A stretch of 64,000 nt of DNA from Guillardia theta CCMP2712 (Eukaryota; Protista; Cryptophyta), in the NCBI RefSeq assembly GCF_000315625.1, contig NW_005434632.1, forward strand, positions 420,899-484,898, written 5' to 3'. A program made the position numbers and the translations under genes. The notes under the pieces are model-generated. The model was not told where the DNA came from. It worked only from the letters and a program-made list of their open reading frames with translations, and ran no database searches. Of the stretch, positions 34,601 through 48,000 are shown one piece after another (position 1 is the first letter of the stretch; every line of letters starts with the position of its first letter).

Positions 34601-37600
34601 TCACGTTGCATCTTTGCGCGGGGTGAGGAGGAGAGGAGTGCCTGGGGAGCAGTACGGAAGAGTGTCCTGAGGAGAACAGGAGTGAGAAGGGTTGGAAGAG
34701 AGAGAAAGGAGGGGGAGGCGGGTGCAGGGAGGGAGAGAGGGAGGGATGGGGTGGAGGGAGAGAGGGAGGGGAGGGCAGGGGACCGGGGGAAAGGGAGGAG
34801 GGAGGAGGGAGGAGGGAGGAGGGAGGAGGGAGGAGGGAGGAGGGAGGAGGGAGGAGGGAGGACCTCGAAAACAGAATTCATCCGCTCTTGAGCCTGTTTG
34901 AACGAGTTACACGCGACGTAGCGGGCCATTGATCTACATCCACCTGCTGCAGAAGAATTCTCAAAACTCTCTGCTCAGTTTTCAGCCTCTGCGTCAACTT
35001 GGCGAAATTCTGCAACTCCGATTCTTCGACGGTCGCAAGGAGATCCTGTGGGATGAGATGAGGGAATGAAGGACGAGGGGAGGGGGGAGGAGAAGAATTG
35101 CTGAACGAGGCAAGATAGAGAAGGAGGACCACAAGGATAGGCAAACAGCAGGTGAGAAGAGGGAGGGGAGGATGAAGTGAAAGGCTTCAGCCCATCAGAC
35201 TCACTTGCGCTGCCTGCACCTCCATCTCAACGTCTTCCGCACCGTCCGACTTGCCGCGTCTCTTGATCGACGCTGGTTGCGCATGACACCTCAGCCATGG
35301 AAGCAAGTCGGGCTCGGCGTCTCACCGAGGAAAGAGCCGAAGGATCGCTCGACGATCTTCTTGCACTCCTGCGCCCTTGTCAACTCGGCAGGAGACTGGG
35401 AGCAGGAAGGCACCTGGATGGGTCGGTCTTGGAGCAGGTTCAGCACCATCCCGTACTTGGGAGAAAACTTCGATCGGAGGGGATCCGCATCCTGAGAAGG
35501 AGGGAAGACGTTAAGGTGCCATGGCACAAACACGCTGGAAAGGTGAGGAAGGGGAGGGTGCAGGGATGACAAATCTTGAAGAGGAGGAGGAGGTGGAGGA
35601 GGAGGAGAAAAAGGGGGAGGACGAGGGTGGGGAAGACAGAGAAGGATAGCAGCAGTAGGAGGAGGAGAAGGAGGGGAAGAAGGGGGAGGAGGAGGAGGAG
35701 GAGGAGGAGGAGGAGGAGGAGGAGGAGGAGGAGGAGGAGGGGAAGAAGGAGAAGCAGCAGCAGCAGCAGGAGGAGGAGAAAGGGAAGGCTGAGGACTTAC
35801 CTTCATGACGAGGGTGAAGGCTTCGGGAGCTCCTTCCCACTTGCTCCTCATGATCACCGAGTGACCGACCTGAGGTCACCGGAGGCGTCAGAGCGGGTTA
35901 ACCTCCTCCTCTCCCTCACCGTGTCCTTGCCCCTCCTTCCTGCCCTCCCGCACATCTGCCTTAGCTCGTTGGAGGTCAGGCTGAGGAGGCACAAGGTGAG
36001 ACCCAGGCGCTCGACCATGACACGGGTCTACCTCGTCACTCCGTCGGAGGTTCTCTTGGACAGAGAGCTGATGACAGTCGTCCTTGCTGGCATGTTGATG
36101 CCTGCTGCCAGCGTCTCCGTGGCGAACACAACCTGAGGGGCGAGGTAGGTAAGAGCGAAGGAGGACAGGAAGTGCGAGGGAAGCAGCCGCCGATGAGGGA
36201 GGTGCGATTGAGGGAAAGGTGAACCCAGCAGGAAACGATAGGGCGCGTGAGCAAGGAGGAGGGGAGAGGAGAGGCAAGGAGAAAGAGTGCGAGAAGAGAA
36301 GAGAAAGAGGAGGACGAGAAGGGAGAAACCAGAAAGAGAGCAACAGGAGGAGAGCGGGATGGAGTTAGGAGGAGCAAGGAGATGGGATGAATCTTTGAGC
36401 AGCATGTTCACTTTGATCAGTCCATCCTGGAAAAGCTCCTCCACCAGCGCCTGCACAAGACCCTTACTCTCCACTCCTCGAGTGTCTTCGTGCACAGAAG
36501 CTTCTCTTACCTTCCATAGGGGAACCAGCCCAGCATGATGAGACGCAATTCCACGGAGAGCAAGCCTGTTGTTGAAGTGACAAAACTGCCTGCTGACCTG
36601 CCTTCCCTCCCTGCTCTCCCTTCCTCTCCTTCCGTTCCTTGCTCCCTCTCTCCCTCCTCGCCCCCTCCCACTTCACCTGATCCGGTCTTCCTGAGCCACT
36701 TCTTTATGCTGGGAGACAAACTGCAGGAGTAAGGAGCATGTCACAGATCCAATCACAGCGAGCAACTCGAAAACTTTCCAGTTGGAGTCGTTTGCGAATC
36801 TCTGCCTTCTCTTCAGCAGTGACAAGAGAGTTCTGATCAGACGCGTCAACATCTGTCAAGGTTTCCCCCCTGTTTCTTCCTGACCTTCTGGTTCGCCGCT
36901 TCCTCTGCCGCCTTGTCGCACTGGATGGTGGAGAAACAAGAAGGGAAACAATCAGTCATTGACGACGTTGTCATCAACATCGGCGCAGTACTTTTTTCAT
37001 CATCACTATCATCGTCTCAATCATCAAACTCACAACCACTTTCTTTTCTGAGCTCAATCACCTCCACCATCATGCCGTCACATTCTCCCTCCGATCATAC
37101 CTGTGCGCGACTGAAGATGAAGATGATGGCGGGCAGCATCTCTCGCTTCTGCAACTGCAGGGCAAAACGTCAATCAAGCAAGAGCGAGCAGGAGAAAGGA
37201 GAGGAGATTCGAGAGCGCGCGAGAGAGGAGAGGGCGGGGAGGAGGAGTATTCTGAATATAAGGAGACCTGTCGGACCGCAAACCCGTAGCTCGGTATCTC
37301 AGCATAACTTCCTCCTCCTCTCTTGCGCCCACTAGACCCCTCTCCACTCGGGGTTGAAAATTCCTCTCCCCCTCCTCCTCCTCCTTCTCTCCTCCTCCTC
37401 GGGCCAGACTCGTACGATCGCCGAGAGTTCTTCCCATTCCATCCATCGAACTTGGAGCTTCCCCCAGACTTTTTCCGAGGGTCCTGGGCTGCTGCAGCGC
37501 TGGGGAGGAGGAGGCGGTTCAGCCTGGGCTGACCCTTCTTATTGTTCTCATTGTCAAACAGGTTGAGGATTCCCTTCCTGTCGATGAACTTGAACTGCAG

Positions 37601-38551
37601 AGGGACCGGGCGGAAGTCGGAGGTGATGAGATCCGTCGGGCCGTGGACATGGGCGAACCAGTCCCTGATATCCTTGACGTTCTTCATCGTGGCGGATAGC
37701 GCTACGAGGAGGATCTCGGGAGGGGAATGGATCACGCTTTCCTCCCACACCGTCCCCCTGCTCTCGTCGTTCATGTAGTGGAACTCGTCCAGTATCACCG
37801 AGTGCACCTCCGAGGCCACGGTGTCCTGAGAGTCGTACAGCATGTTGCGGTAGACCTCCGTCGTCAGCACGAGTATCGTCGCGTTGTCCCTGTTGACGCT
37901 GACGTCCCCGGTCAAGAGCCCGACCCTCTCCTTCCCGAACTGCTTGCAAAAGTCAGAGAACTTCTGGTTGGACAGCGCCTTCAGAGGCGTCGTGTAGAGC
38001 ACTTTCTTGCCCATGGCAGACCCGAGGTACACCGCTGCCTCCCCGCAGACTGTCTTGCCACTCCCAGTAGGAGCGGAGACTATCACGCTCCTCTTCTCGA
38101 TCAAGGCTCGGATCGCATCCATCTGGAACTCGTCGACTGGGAACGGGAAGCAGGAGGCCAGCTCCTCGGTTGTGATCTGTCCGGTCTGCCGGAACTTCGA
38201 TCGAAGAGCGTCCACCACCTCCGGCGTCCCGCTTAGAGAAGCGATGTTCCAAGGGGCTCCTGGCTCCTCCATGCTCGAGGCTTCAGCCTCCAGCCCCACA
38301 GGACCAGTTCTGAGTCTTGTGAGGGCTGGAGCCATCTTCGCATGGGAGTGCGAGGGCCAAACGAAAGGCGAAGGAGGGGAACGCAAGTTCGGAAACACGC
38401 ATGTCCTGTGAGGAACCAAGCCATGCAGCTTGTTCGTTTTACACTGGAAGGAGAAGGGGCCACAGGAGGAAGGAGCTGTAAAGCCTTGGCTTGCATACAG
38501 GAAAGACAGGAAGAGCAGGCCACTGAGAGCACGAGGAGTGTTCATCAGCAT
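31631..38551 (-). CDS. Ski2-like DExH-box RNA helicase (ISE2/HelY-like), probably plastid-targeted
   Basis: APTGSGKT, YTTPLKALSNQK, DEFH, LSAT, VFATETLAAGINMPART, QMCGRAGRRGKD, SKFSPKYGMVLNLL and a DSHCT-like EGDVIRVLRRVLDILRQ. Leader ends SQG-FTA. Confidence 0.92.
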
Positions 38552-38965
38552 CTCCGCGCGCCCGAACGATCAGTCGTGAATTCCAAGGAGCTCTTTCGAT
38601 TCACAGGCTGAAGGGGTAGCCGAGAGAGGATAGCAGGGTAACTGGGTCAGAGAGTCTCAGAGAGGAAGGGAGCAGGAGGAACATGGCGAGCAGCAGGCGG
38701 CAGGAGCATCGTGGAGGAGGCGTTCAACCCGGTGGCATTGAAGGAGCCCCTCCCAAGCCATGGATCCTTAGGCAAGTGAGTCAAGTCTCCAAGGGGTGGG
38801 TTTCGAAAAGGAGGGGGTCATCACTGATGAAATATAAGTTGAAATGGGGGTAGAGATGTTCATAGGGTGGGTAGTCAGGTATCTTGGTCCTTGAGTAGAG
38901 TTGCAGGGACAGAATCTCATCGCCCTCATTATCTAAGTAGCGGGCCCGCACCAGAGTACTCACCG

Positions 38966-39440
38966 GCTCTCAAAGTTAAGGGAAAAATCAGGCAGTACAA
39001 GGACCGTACAATCAGGAGAGTCGAGTCGGCGAGGAGGAGGTGACCCTTGACCAACTTTTACTCAAAGTTAAGTTAAAGATCAGTACGAGGACAATCAGGA
39101 GAGTCGAGGAGGCTTGACCCTGACACTGTCGCACAGGCCAAACGGCGAGAAGAGAAAAGACAGCGAGAACCAAACCCAATCCTGCCAACTGCTGCCCCCC
39201 AAACTTAACTGATACCTTCACTTAACTGCGCGCTGGACAATACCCCCCCGCCGCCATGCCAGCGATTCTTGCGTCGATCATGATGATTACCGTGGGATCA
39301 AAATTATCAGACTCACCTTCGCCCTGGTCTGTGAATGGGTTGGCAAAAGAATGGGGTCCTAACAGGCATTCGATGGTCTTGCAGAATTTGAGACAACCTT
39401 CCTCCGGACCCTTGACCCTGACACAACTGTCGCACACTCG
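38966..39440 (-). mobile_element. Internally deleted derivative of the CRE-like element with flanking degenerate 3'-end fragments
   Basis: 39058-39266 matches 20428-20636 with 2 substitutions. It is joined directly to 39267-39405, which matches RT-internal 22840-22978. Degenerate pieces of the same 3' end lie at 38966-39050 and 39410-39440. Confidence 0.9.
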
Positions 39441-39850
39441 GCCTGGGAGGCCATACGGTGACCAGGTTCAGGACTGACCGTCTGATCGGACCGTACGGGC
39501 CCGCCCTCTCCGGCGGTCCGGACTTAGTGACCGTCCAACCGTACGGTCGCACTCATGATACAGCACGGCACTCGAGGACTTGCCGTGACTGTCCGGCGAG
39601 GAGTAAACCCGGGGCCCAACAGCGTTCAGTGGCACGGGTCGGAGTCGAATTATACAAAGATAAGTAAATTTGTTAGTACGGATAAACAGAACCGTTGAAA
39701 AGGTCAAAACCGAACTTTACCACAGTGGGATGGCCTCCGGGATCAAAAGTTGACTCGGTGATATCCGGGCTGCCTACACCGAGTCTGACTCCCTCGCTGA
39801 ACCTTCCGGCTCACCTTCCTTCCAGTCCCGTCCCTCTCCACCAAGTTCTC

Positions 39851-40324
39851 ATGGCGACACAACAGCCCCCAGCGACAGGACCCTCCGTCCTCATCCAAGC
39901 TCGCCCCCGCAACTCCCATCACCGCGATTACATCCACCTCGACCGTCATGCCGTCACCTCCCTCTTTCATCTCCGTCAGGTCGAAGCTGCTCGCGTCCTG
40001 GTAAGCTGTCGCTCGCTGAGGAAGAGGAGGGGAGGGGAGGGGAGGAGCAGGGCAGAGGATAGGAGAGGAGCGAGCTAACGAGGACGGCAGGGGATCTCGC
40101 TGACGTCTCTGAAGAGCGCATGCCGGAGGCTGGGGGTAGAGCGATGGCCCTACCAGCGGGAGTCAGCACCTCCTGATCGCACATATCTCACTCCATCGCC
40201 TTCCAAACAAACACCATTAGCAGGGCCAGGCATCACGAAGGAGGAACAGCGTGAGAGCGTGATGGAGGCAGGATGGCTGGAGTGGTACATGTCGTTCCCT
40301 CTAGACGATGATGCCTCTACCTGA
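39851..40324 (+). CDS. Small RWP-RK transcription factor (copy A)
   Basis: Intron 40001..40090. Spliced product: VTSLFHLRQVEAARVLGISLTSLKSACRRLGVERWPYQR...GWLEWYMSFPLDDDAST*. Confidence 0.88.
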
Positions 40325-40885
40325 AACGGGAAGGGGTTTGAGGACAACAGATGAAAGTTAGGCCCAGCTGGGGTCGTAATGACCAAATGCAAGTATGATT
40401 GTGTGATATCCTAAAATGATTACATCAACACATCATTGCATAGTTGACATGATAACTGAGACAAGATTGAAGTCACATGAGGACTGTAGACGTCAACAGC
40501 AAATTCTAACAGCAACTTTTCTGGATCACACACAAAGCTGAAAAGTAGAGATATCAAGTTTATTTGAGCTGCAACACAAACACAATAAAGGTTCGTAGCA
40601 AACACACACAGCAAGGACAGCAGGTCAAGCACCTCGAGAAGTTGTCCACAATCCTCATCTAGTCTAGGGAAACAACCAGGGGTTATCAGACTCTTCGTGA
40701 GGTTCTGCCAATCGTACCGGTACAGGAGATACCAACCTTACACTCGTTTGTAGTTGCAAGTGAAGACCATACCCTCACTTGCTGTTCACTCGCACCCAGC
40801 AAGACTTCCTTCTGCGGAGGGTTGATCTTCGAAGATCTCTGATAGAATGTCGACCGTGCTCTTTCATATCTTAACGCAAGAGTCT

Positions 40886-41482
40886 TCAATCCTCTTCCTC
40901 TTCTTCTACTTTCGGACTACCTTGCCCGCTTATGTTTGTACCCCACCAGATTTGCTGACCGTGACCGTGACTTGGTTCCTCTTCTGCCTGTTCCAGCGGA
41001 AACGACATGTACCACTCCAGCCATCCTCCTCTAGTCTCATTGACTCTAGCCCTCGCACCCTCCTCTCCTAGCTGTGAGTGCTGCCCCAGTCGTTCTCCTG
41101 CCCCAACCGCGATCCTCCCTCCCTCCTCCCTGGCATCGCCCAGATCGTTTTCGTCTGCTTGCTGTGCTGCTTCCCGCTGGTAGGGCCATCGCTCTACCCC
41201 CAGCCTCCGGCATGCGCTCTTCAGAGACGTCAGCGAGATCCCCTGCCATCCTCGTTAGCTCGCTCCTCTCCTCTCCTCTCCTCTGCCCTGCTCCTCTCCT
41301 CCCCTCCTCTTCCTCAGCGAGCGACAGCTTACCAGGACGCGAGCGGCTTCGACCTGACGGAGATGAAAGAGGGAGGTGACGGCATGACGGTCGAGGTGGA
41401 TGTAATCGCGGTGATGGGAGTTGCGGGGGCGAGCTTGGATGAGGACGGAGGGTCCTGTCGCTGGGGGCTGTTGTGTCGCCAT
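40886..41482 (-). CDS. Small RWP-RK transcription factor (copy B, inverted paralogue)
   Basis: 41172-41482 is a near-identical inverted copy of 39851-40161. Exon 2 (41242-40886) is open and ends GWLEWYMSFPLEQAEE...EEEEED*. Confidence 0.88.
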
Positions 41483-41560
41483 GGCGGCCGCGCAGGCGTA
41501 CGACTGTCAGCAAACCCCCATGACTGTATCCGGACACCACTGAATGACTTTAATCCAGGC

Positions 41561-41755
41561 AGTCTTTACTCAAAGTTAAGTTAAAATCAGTACGAGGACA
41601 ATAAGGAGAGTCGAGGAGGCTTGACCCTGACACTGTCGCACAGGCCAAACGGCGAGAAGAGAAAAGACAGCGAGAACCAACCTAATCCTGCCAACTGCTG
41701 TCCCCAAACGCATACCGGAACCTTGAGCTGACGAAAGATCCTGGAGAGTCGAGGA
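41561..41755 (-). mobile_element. Short mosaic 3'-end derivative of the CRE-like element
   Basis: 41564-41709 matches 20426-20574. It then jumps to pieces matching about 20668 (GCATACCGG) and about 20714 (CCTTGAGCTGACGAAAGATCCTGGA). Confidence 0.88.
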
Positions 41756-41835
41756 CCTCCATCAGGCGAACCGTTGAACTGTAAAGCAGTACGCTGCTAC
41801 CTAGGACCCGCCGAGAGTCGCGGTGCATCCCAGGT

Positions 41836-44729
41836 TTAGTGTCGCGCCCCTCGCTGGCTGTCTCGGTCTCTTGGTCGCGGGTCTGATCGCTGAAGCAGCT
41901 GGGCAGGTGCTGGGCTGTCAGGAAGCTGCACGTGCTCCACCGACGTGTCGGTCTCGCTCGACGTGGAGCTCGCGTGCCGCCGGCTGTGCCGGGAGCTCTT
42001 GGGCGCCCCCTCTCGGCGGCTCTGGACGGGTCCGCGGCGATCGACCTGGGACTCGGAGTCTTGACTTCGCTCCTTGCGACTCGCCCGGCGATCAGAGTTG
42101 GTCTGCTCGACCTCATGACTGCTCGTCCTCCTGCCAGGATACTCAGGCCGCGGGCTTGCTGCGCGCTCATCGCCATGGGCATGTTGCCTCCTCTTGTGGT
42201 CCTGTTCCTTCTCGTCTCTAATTGACTGGGTCCTTTCGAGGCTCTGAGCGGTGGAGCTCGACCTTGGCTCCCGACTAGAACGGCGTCTCTTGTCTCCATC
42301 ATCCTCCCCCTCCCTCCTCCTCGTCTCCTTCTCTTCCTCCCTCCACATCCTCCCCCTTTCAGCTCGTCCATTTTCCGTCCTCTCCCTCCGGCTTGTCGGG
42401 TCAACCGAGCTGCTGTGTTCGTCGGCTATGTTGAGTCTCGATCCCCGCGCTGCCGGCCCCACCTGCCCCGGAATCACTGCTCTCCATCCCCAGTGCTCCA
42501 CCTTGTCGCGGGAGGCTGCAGCACCCTGCCGCTGGGAGGCGTTAACCTCCTCCGGCTTGCCAGCTACTTTCCACGTGCGGAAGGGCCTCCATGCTGGGAG
42601 TTTCCACTTGGGCCAGAGGGCTGCTGGCTTGCAGGACCATCTGATCTTAGACAACAAGAGGCCGAGAGCTGCGCCAAGTGCGAGGACGATGATGACAGCG
42701 GAAGACACCTGCGGGAGCTGGTCAGTGGGGAGAGATCCCGCAGGTCAGTGGGGAGAGATCCCATGTAAGGGCCGTACAATCAGCAGCAGGATGGCTGTTG
42801 AGCCGCGACTGATGAAGGTTGACAGCTGCTCTCCCCACAGAACCCACTTGCCGTTGAGGCAGATAGGCTGGTAGTCTGACTGTTGACATCGAACGGTGCT
42901 GCCGTCACTGCGCACTAACATCACGGACAGGACGTGCACGGAAGCACTTGCCTGCAGATGCGACACTCTCCGTTCCTACAGTCGCCTTCGAAGTCGATGG
43001 CTGGCGACTCAAAGGAGAACATGAAGTATCCGTTGTCAAAGTGAAAATCCCCTTGCGAGCACTCGCCGGAGATCTGTCAAAGGAAAGGAGTGAATCAGCA
43101 CAGGTCGAACTGAACTTTCGGCTCACGTGAATCTCGTAGAGGGAGTCCGGGCAGGGGCCGTCTGTGGTGCAGGAGTTGCGAGCCGCGTCCACCAGGCACT
43201 TGACGCACGTAGGACTAAATGTTCAGCTGTGAGTGAGCTGGGGGTCAGACAGGCAACAACCTGCATGTATCTGATGGACTGAAAGTCCAGGGGTTGCCTT
43301 GCATGTACGGGTAGACTCCGAGGAGAGAGTCATACCTTTGTGACTGATAGCTGTAATAGGTCGTCGATGACGTCACTGACATCGACCGACAGGTGGCGCT
43401 TGAACCCGTAGGATTCCCTCCATATTGCGGACAAGGAGCGCATATTCCATTGCTCGCAGCACATCCTGTAACTTCAACTCTCACTATGCATCAAGTTCCA
43501 AGAGACTGACCTCCATGGTTTGTGACGCAGGTCAAGCATGTCTGGTAGCACGCGCAAAAAATTGATTGTTCTGCTGTCATGGACATGGACTGCAGATGCG
43601 ATCATTGAATCATTCATCATTCCGGCCTTATTAAGTTACCTCGCACATGTAGCTGTAGATCCATCCGCTGACTGATGGTTGATGAGGTTGACATGCGTCC
43701 TCGCAATCTCTGTACATGTAGCATGTTCTCGTGGTGGGACTGTAAGAAGAAGCGCTGGCGCAGCAGAAGTCGTCCGTTCTCTCAAGACAGTCTTGTTTAT
43801 ACTCACAAGAAGTACACACTGTTTTCTTTGGGTCTAGCAAGATTACAAACTGCCTTATCGTCAGCACGAGGAGAGGGAGACAGCAAGTCGGGAGTCACAA
43901 GGAGCTGCTTGGCATTACCGGAGTGCATGTGGCGGGGGTGTTGTAGTATCCCTTTGTCGAGACGGTGTCGGACTGATGATTCCACTTGATTGCCAACTGC
44001 ATGGGTTTTGAACCGGCCGGGTTCAAGTCGATGACCGGGAAGAAGGCAGGGGCCCAGGAGTTGACTTTGCCGCAGAAACTCTCTGATGGCACGTGAGGAT
44101 CTTCAAGACATGTCACCTCCTCGCTTACTCTCAGCTCGTTTGGGCGTCCCCCAGGGTACTCGCGTCTGGAAAAAAGTTGAGTACTCGATGTTTGAGGTCG
44201 ACTGTCTTTCGTCTTCAATCAGCACATGCGTCAAGACTGACTCTGCGTATGCGCCGGGGGGCTTGTTTGAGGAGCACGTGGTAGGAAGCTCGTACTTCTT
44301 GCACTTAGAGCGCAAGGGAAGCTTCGAGAAATGTCGTACATACGCCTCCAGCAGCAACTTTATCTTGTTTGTCAGCCCCGAGCCTGTATTCTGAGACGTC
44401 AAGTTCGATGGCATTACAACTGGGTGATTCTCGTCCACTCCACAATACTTGTCAAGAGCACAATCACAGTCACTGATGCACTCAACACACAAGCCGACGA
44501 GGCGAGGCTTTGTGTCTTCAGCTGGCTTGTTCCATTGTGAATTAGCCTTGTTGTACATGTACGTTTTGTCCGCGAAGACAAACTGACAGATTGGAGCCTC
44601 TTTGGTATTACAGTCCTCTGGAGAATAACAGATCTCGCCGTACTTGGCTGAAAGTGCAGCAGGAAGGAGGAGGAGGAGGAGGAGGAGCTGGAGGAGGAGG
44701 AGGAGGAGGAGGGGTTGGCCGCGCCGCAT
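41836..44729 (-). CDS. Multi-exon Cys-rich type I membrane protein
   Basis: Signal peptide MRRGQPLLLL...AALS. Cys-rich exons CVECISDCDCALDKYCG, CTSCEYKQDC, CAASNGICAPC. Transmembrane segment SSAVIIVLALGAALGLLL, then a low-complexity tail. Confidence 0.6.
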
Positions 44730-45084
44730 TTTGAAACACGAGGACTGAAGGGGTTCATCGGTGGGTTGAGCTGGAACTGTCGGGGTCAATTTTAGAGGGG
44801 GTTGGGGTTGTCCCTTCGTCTGCTAGAAGGGGTACTTTGATAGTGTAGAAATGGTTTCAATGGGGGTGGGGGTGTGAGTCAGCTGGTGGTAAGGGATAAA
44901 AGGCTTTATCGCGAGTTATGTTAGACCGCTACGTTCCAAGTGAGGGGTAAATTTCAAATATACAGCTGCTGCTTCAAATTAATTTCGATTTCATTCAATT
45001 TCCCTCGATGATGGTCCCTCGTACGGCTGTGACCGTTGGAACTGTACCATGAAATTCAGTCAAGTCTGTGGGCCGGCTACTAGG

Positions 45085-48000
45085 CTAGCCCGTGACGGTC
45101 ACTGAACCAACGTGGGAGAAGAGCAGGTTGCTCAAGTACGTCTGCTTGCTCGCTTGAGAGTCCTCGGGCCACTCCCAGTAGGGGACCACGAGCACGGGGA
45201 TCATCAGCTCCGCAAGGTGCCGATGCTTGAGCTTGGTCGAGCCCAGAGGGTGTCGACCGTTGCCGTCCGGCCTCACCGTGGCCGAGCCTGTGATCACAGA
45301 GAAAGTCAAAAGAGAAGACTGATGACTGCTGGGGTGAGCTGGGAATCATGAACTCACCAGGGCGTGTTTCCTGCGCGGATCCAGCAGAATATGCGTAGTG
45401 GTAGGGACCGTCGACTTCAAGGGCGATGCCGAAGGTTGGCAGCCAGGCGTCGACGACGTAGCGGGAGCGAGGTTCCATCCATTCCTCCTCCACCTCGACC
45501 CCCATCCCCCGCAAAGTTCTGATGACGTCGCTCTGGAGCCGAGAGACCGTCAGGCCAGCTCCTCCAGCCAGGCCCCTGCCGACCCCAGCTGCCACGGCCT
45601 TCATGGACGTGGACGAGTCGAGGAGGAGGTGGGAGGGGATGCTCTTCGAGGCCATTTGGAGCTTCTGCTGCCCCTCCTTGTAGCTGCCCTTGATGTCCCG
45701 CAGAGCGCAGTCGAGGAGGTACTGGTGGACCTGAAAGAGGCAAGCGCGGTCCATGTTGGCGATGTGAAACTTGATCGCATCTAGCAGCCAGTCGTGGACC
45801 CTCCCGCTGACTTGTAGCGCTGCGACCGACCACGCGATGTTGGCAACTGCCTGGCCAGAGGAGGAAGCAACGTCGAGGGAGACCAGCTCGTCAACAAGAC
45901 ACTCGACGACTCCCTCGGGCCCTTGGATGTCCAGTACTGCCATGGCATGCATCGTCATGGAGATGGATTGAGCGGATGGAGAGACCCTGTCCTTGTCCCT
46001 ATCCCTTCTCCTCTCTGCTGTCATCGTGGACCCTCCTAGCCCACCCCCCACGAGTTTGATCAAGTGTTGGAATACAGCCTGATCGCGCAGGCGCGAGTTG
46101 GCGTAAGAGTTGAGCACCATCGAGGCCTGCTGGTGGGAAAACTGCTGGGGGGGTCTGCGGCGGATGATCTTAGAGAAACTTCGGAGGAGGTTGAGATCCT
46201 AGAGCAGCGTGTCAGCCCCGACCTATGAGCAGGATGCAGCTCGTCACCTGCACCTTGAGCCTGGTCATCCCATTGCAGATCATGGCGATCGCCTGCGCGT
46301 CGAGAGAGTCCGGCTCTCGGGTCGAGATGGTCTGTGAGCTACATCAGCACGCTTCCTCTCGCTTCCTCCTCCCTGCTTCTCACCCATGCATGAGAGAGGA
46401 GCATACGTAGTAGCACGTCGTCCTTCCTGCCGAGCCGAGCGAGGGCGTTGATAACCAGCGCGAGCTCCTGAGCGCTGAAGGAGGAGGGAGGGGAGGCCTT
46501 GCTATCCTCCTCGGAGTAGAGGGAGTAGGTCGCCTCGATCAGTGCCTGCTTGACTTGCTCCTCAACCTCTTCGATTTCTCGCTGCTGCCCGGCCGACAAC
46601 TTCCTGCTGCTCTTGTCGAGGTTGACAATGAAGTTGAAGATGTTGGCTATCCCCTGCAGAGGAGGTGGTCAGTGTTCATTCCGACTGTAATCCTCTTGCA
46701 CCTGAGCATCAAAGTAGCGTGACTTCATGGAGCCGAGAAAGCGGAGGACGGCGATGAGTTGGGTAGAGGTGTGGTCAGAGCAGGCGTGCTCCAAGGAGGT
46801 CAGAACCATAACAGCATGTTTGATCTGTCAGGATGATGAGTTCAAAAAGCTTGAACAAGCACAGGTTCAACCGAGGAGTTCTCGTTGAGGGATTGCACGG
46901 CTACCGACATGACTTTTAAGATCGCAACCTCCAGTCTGCTCTTCAGTTGTTGATTTCTACAACCTGAGGATATCATCGTCGTTACAACAACAAAGTCATG
47001 GAATGGTTTCTGACACAACTCACTTGTCTTGAAAGACGTTAGCATCTAGACAGTAAAGACGTAAACTTTACATTTATGAGTGAAAAGAAGAATGTTACCT
47101 TGAGAGTTATTGCTTGCGAAGGAAAATCCCAATCGTCACATTGGACGGAATCGAACAAGATGTTGAGAATCCTTTCGTTGGATGGCATCTTGCAAACAGC
47201 ATTCAAACAGGAGGCATCTGAGACAACGGTCACTTCCTCATCAAGGATTGAGCATGAAACACTACAAGCTGAGGCGCTCAAAAGCTGGTGTCTGACGCAG
47301 AACTCGATTTCCGTTGTAACGACCTCCCAAGCTTGATTTAGCTGGAACAAACTTGACGAGTCTGTCTGCATGTGCTCTCCTTTACGAGCATCATTATCAA
47401 CCGCTCCCGCCACGAGAGAGTCTGCAACAGCATGTGCGAGAACAGAGAGGTCAAAGGCGGAAATGGCTGATTTTGACATAGTTGTGCTCCTCTTCCTTTG
47501 CGCTTCCTTCAAGGACCCCACAGCAGCTTCCACACAAAGTCTCCTGCCACGTCATCGTCAGGAGACGTCGGATGGGGATGATGCAGGTTACAGGGCGAGC
47601 AGAATAGTCTGGTCTACTTTCTCTCTCCCAAACCACCGGAGGAGGAGGAGGAGGACTTCCACGTCCCCTAGGATCTCCCTGCTTGCCGCCGATGCCTCCA
47701 AGCTCAGGTCGATCAGCGCGTGTGCCTGGTTGCGAGTGTGAGGGTGAAGAGTCGCGAGCAGCACGCTGACCGTTGCTCTCATGATGGAGGAAGATAACAA
47801 GCTCGCTCGTGAGCTGCGGGCTCTTGCAGGCGAGTCATTGTTCGGGTCCTCCGGAGCTGAAGAAAGCCTGCTGAGGATTTCTTTTCTCTCCTCCATCCGC
47901 AAGCTTCTTGCCATCAAGACATTGAGAAAGTTCTCACAGTTCACATCCCATGAAGAAACGATCCTTGCTGTTCAAGACCAAAGAAGTCAGAACAAGACAA

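Noticed and set aside
39056-41755. LTR pair or composite transposon enclosing the RWP-RK genes
   Set aside because: The direct repeats are 3' ends of a non-LTR element with different internal deletions. No TG..CA ends or target-site duplication were seen.
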